From the NCBI RefSeq assembly GCF_009914755.1, contig NC_060925.1: a stretch of DNA of 64,000 nucleotides. One strand, given 5' to 3'. This stretch comes from the human T2T-CHM13v2.0 reference genome, Homo sapiens. The translations under genes were made by a program, and so were the position numbers. Under the pieces are notes generated by a model, which was not told the origin of the DNA, ran no database searches, and saw nothing but the letters and a program-made list of their open reading frames with translations. Positions 62,580 through 64,000 of this stretch are shown one piece after another. Every line of letters begins with the position of its first letter. Position 1 is the first letter of the stretch.

Positions 62580-63190
62580 ATTTTCAAAAATGTGTTTTTC
62601 CTTAAAAACTCCTTTACTATAAAAGGTTAAATGAATTTACACCCAGGTTAAAAAAAATCTGAAGTTTTCTACTTACCTCTGCCTCTCCTCCCTGTCCTTC
62701 TGGGCAATTAATGTTGTCAGTTTTAATGTATTCTTGTGGAGTTCTTGCCATGCATTCAGAATTGTAAGTAACTATTAGTTAAGGTCACCTTCAGGAGCAG
62801 AAAAAACAAAAAGCAAAAGTAAGTATTTGCATATCCTTTTATGAATAACATAATTGTATCATACTATGTGCATTGGTCTACCATTTACTTTGTTCACTTA
62901 GCAATACATCTTGAAGATCTTTCCATGATGGCACATGTAGCTTTACCTCATTTTAAGTTTTCCATGGTTGACCATTGGATGAATATACAATATTCGTAGT
63001 TGTAAATACATAGTTTACTTAATACTATATATTACTAAAGATGTGGATTATTTCCTCTTTTTTTGCTGTTATAAACAACGATGCAATGATCCGCAAGTGA
63101 TTTTTCTGCTCCTGAAAACATATTCAAACTGTTTGCATTTATAAATGCAACCTATCTCATTGATTGGTAGGTTGACCTCAAGGATAAGAT
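62580..63190 (-). mobile_element. L1ME-like relic
   Basis: ttcacttagcaatacatcttgaagatctttccatg...ttttgctgttataaacaacgatgcaatga typical of antisense L1M 3' ends. Confidence 0.6.
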
Positions 63191-63696
63191 TGCAGATTTT
63201 AACTCAGCTTGGACCCTCCTCTGAGAAGCCATCCCTGATGGGTCCCATTTACTTGAGATCGTCACTTCTTCCTTGTATTCCCTTTGCACTCTGCACACAC
63301 TTTAATCACTGATCTTATCACTCTGAAGTGTCATTATTTATACACTTGTGTTTTTTTCTGCCAGATTGTGAATTCCATGAAAGCAGGGACTGTGCTTTCT
63401 GAGTCTCTAGCCAAGCACCTGCCACATGGTAAGATCAATAAATATTTGTTAAATTTAGCTGATTATATGTGCCTAACACTCCATTGGCCCCCTCACAAGT
63501 TTTAAAGGCATGGTTTCCCTCTCTCTGTCTCTCTCTTTCTCTCTCCTATACCAAGTCACACATATAATAAACATACAATGTGTATGCTCCCATAGAGAAA
63601 CTAAACTATCCTGTAAAATGCTTGAATTTACCAGTGATTAGAAAAGACATGAATGGAGTCTTTTTTTCTGTCTAAAGGAGTTGTTGTTTACTCTCT

Positions 63697-64000
63697 GTAT
63701 TAGTTTCCCAGGGCTGCTGTAACCAGGTACCACAAACTGGGTGGCTTAAACAACAGAAACTTATTGTTTCACAGTTCTGGAGCCTGGAAGTCTGAAATCA
63801 AACAGCAAGCTTGATTCCCTCTGATGGCTGTGAGGGAGGGATCTGTGAAGGATGCAGCCTCTCTTGGTGGCTTGTAGAGGGCCTTCTCCCTGTGTCTCTT
63901 TCCTCTCTTCCTGTCTGTCCACATTTCCTCTTCTTGTAAGGACACCAGCCATAGTAGATTAGGGTCCATCCTAATGACCTCATTTTAACTTGATTACCTT
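63697..64000 (-). mobile_element. MLT1B/C-like LTR, runs off the window end
   Basis: tgtattagtttcccagggctgctgtaaccaggtaccacaaactgggtggcttaaacaacagaaac... Confidence 0.88.

Overview
Primate (human-like) non-coding DNA with no intact protein-coding gene I can support. About 45 Alu copies or fragments cover roughly a fifth of the window. The rest includes a degraded ERV1 internal region carrying a solo LTR8 (0.26-6 kb), several MaLR/ERVL LTRs (THE1, MLT1, LTR16), L2/MIR/L1M relics and DNA-transposon MITEs. Four retro-insertions have unusual structure: (1) an L1PA3/4-like element with a 5' inversion plus a ~2.2 kb internal deletion inside one TSD (31.2-34.6 kb); (2) a full-length U6 fused to an old L1M 3' end within one TSD (24.7-25.3 kb); (3) a 5'-truncated processed PABPC4 pseudogene (44.6-45.3 kb); (4) a tiny polyadenylated MER41-LTR retrocopy (12.2 kb). 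There are also two or three short local templated copies of nearby DNA, two perfect estrogen-response palindromes, and several repeat-free homeobox/POU-motif-rich blocks that look like enhancers. I found no convincing new biological system. Subfamily names and L1 consensus positions come from my recall of consensus sequences and need RepeatMasker/Dfam confirmation. Repeat boundaries are approximate unless a TSD is quoted.
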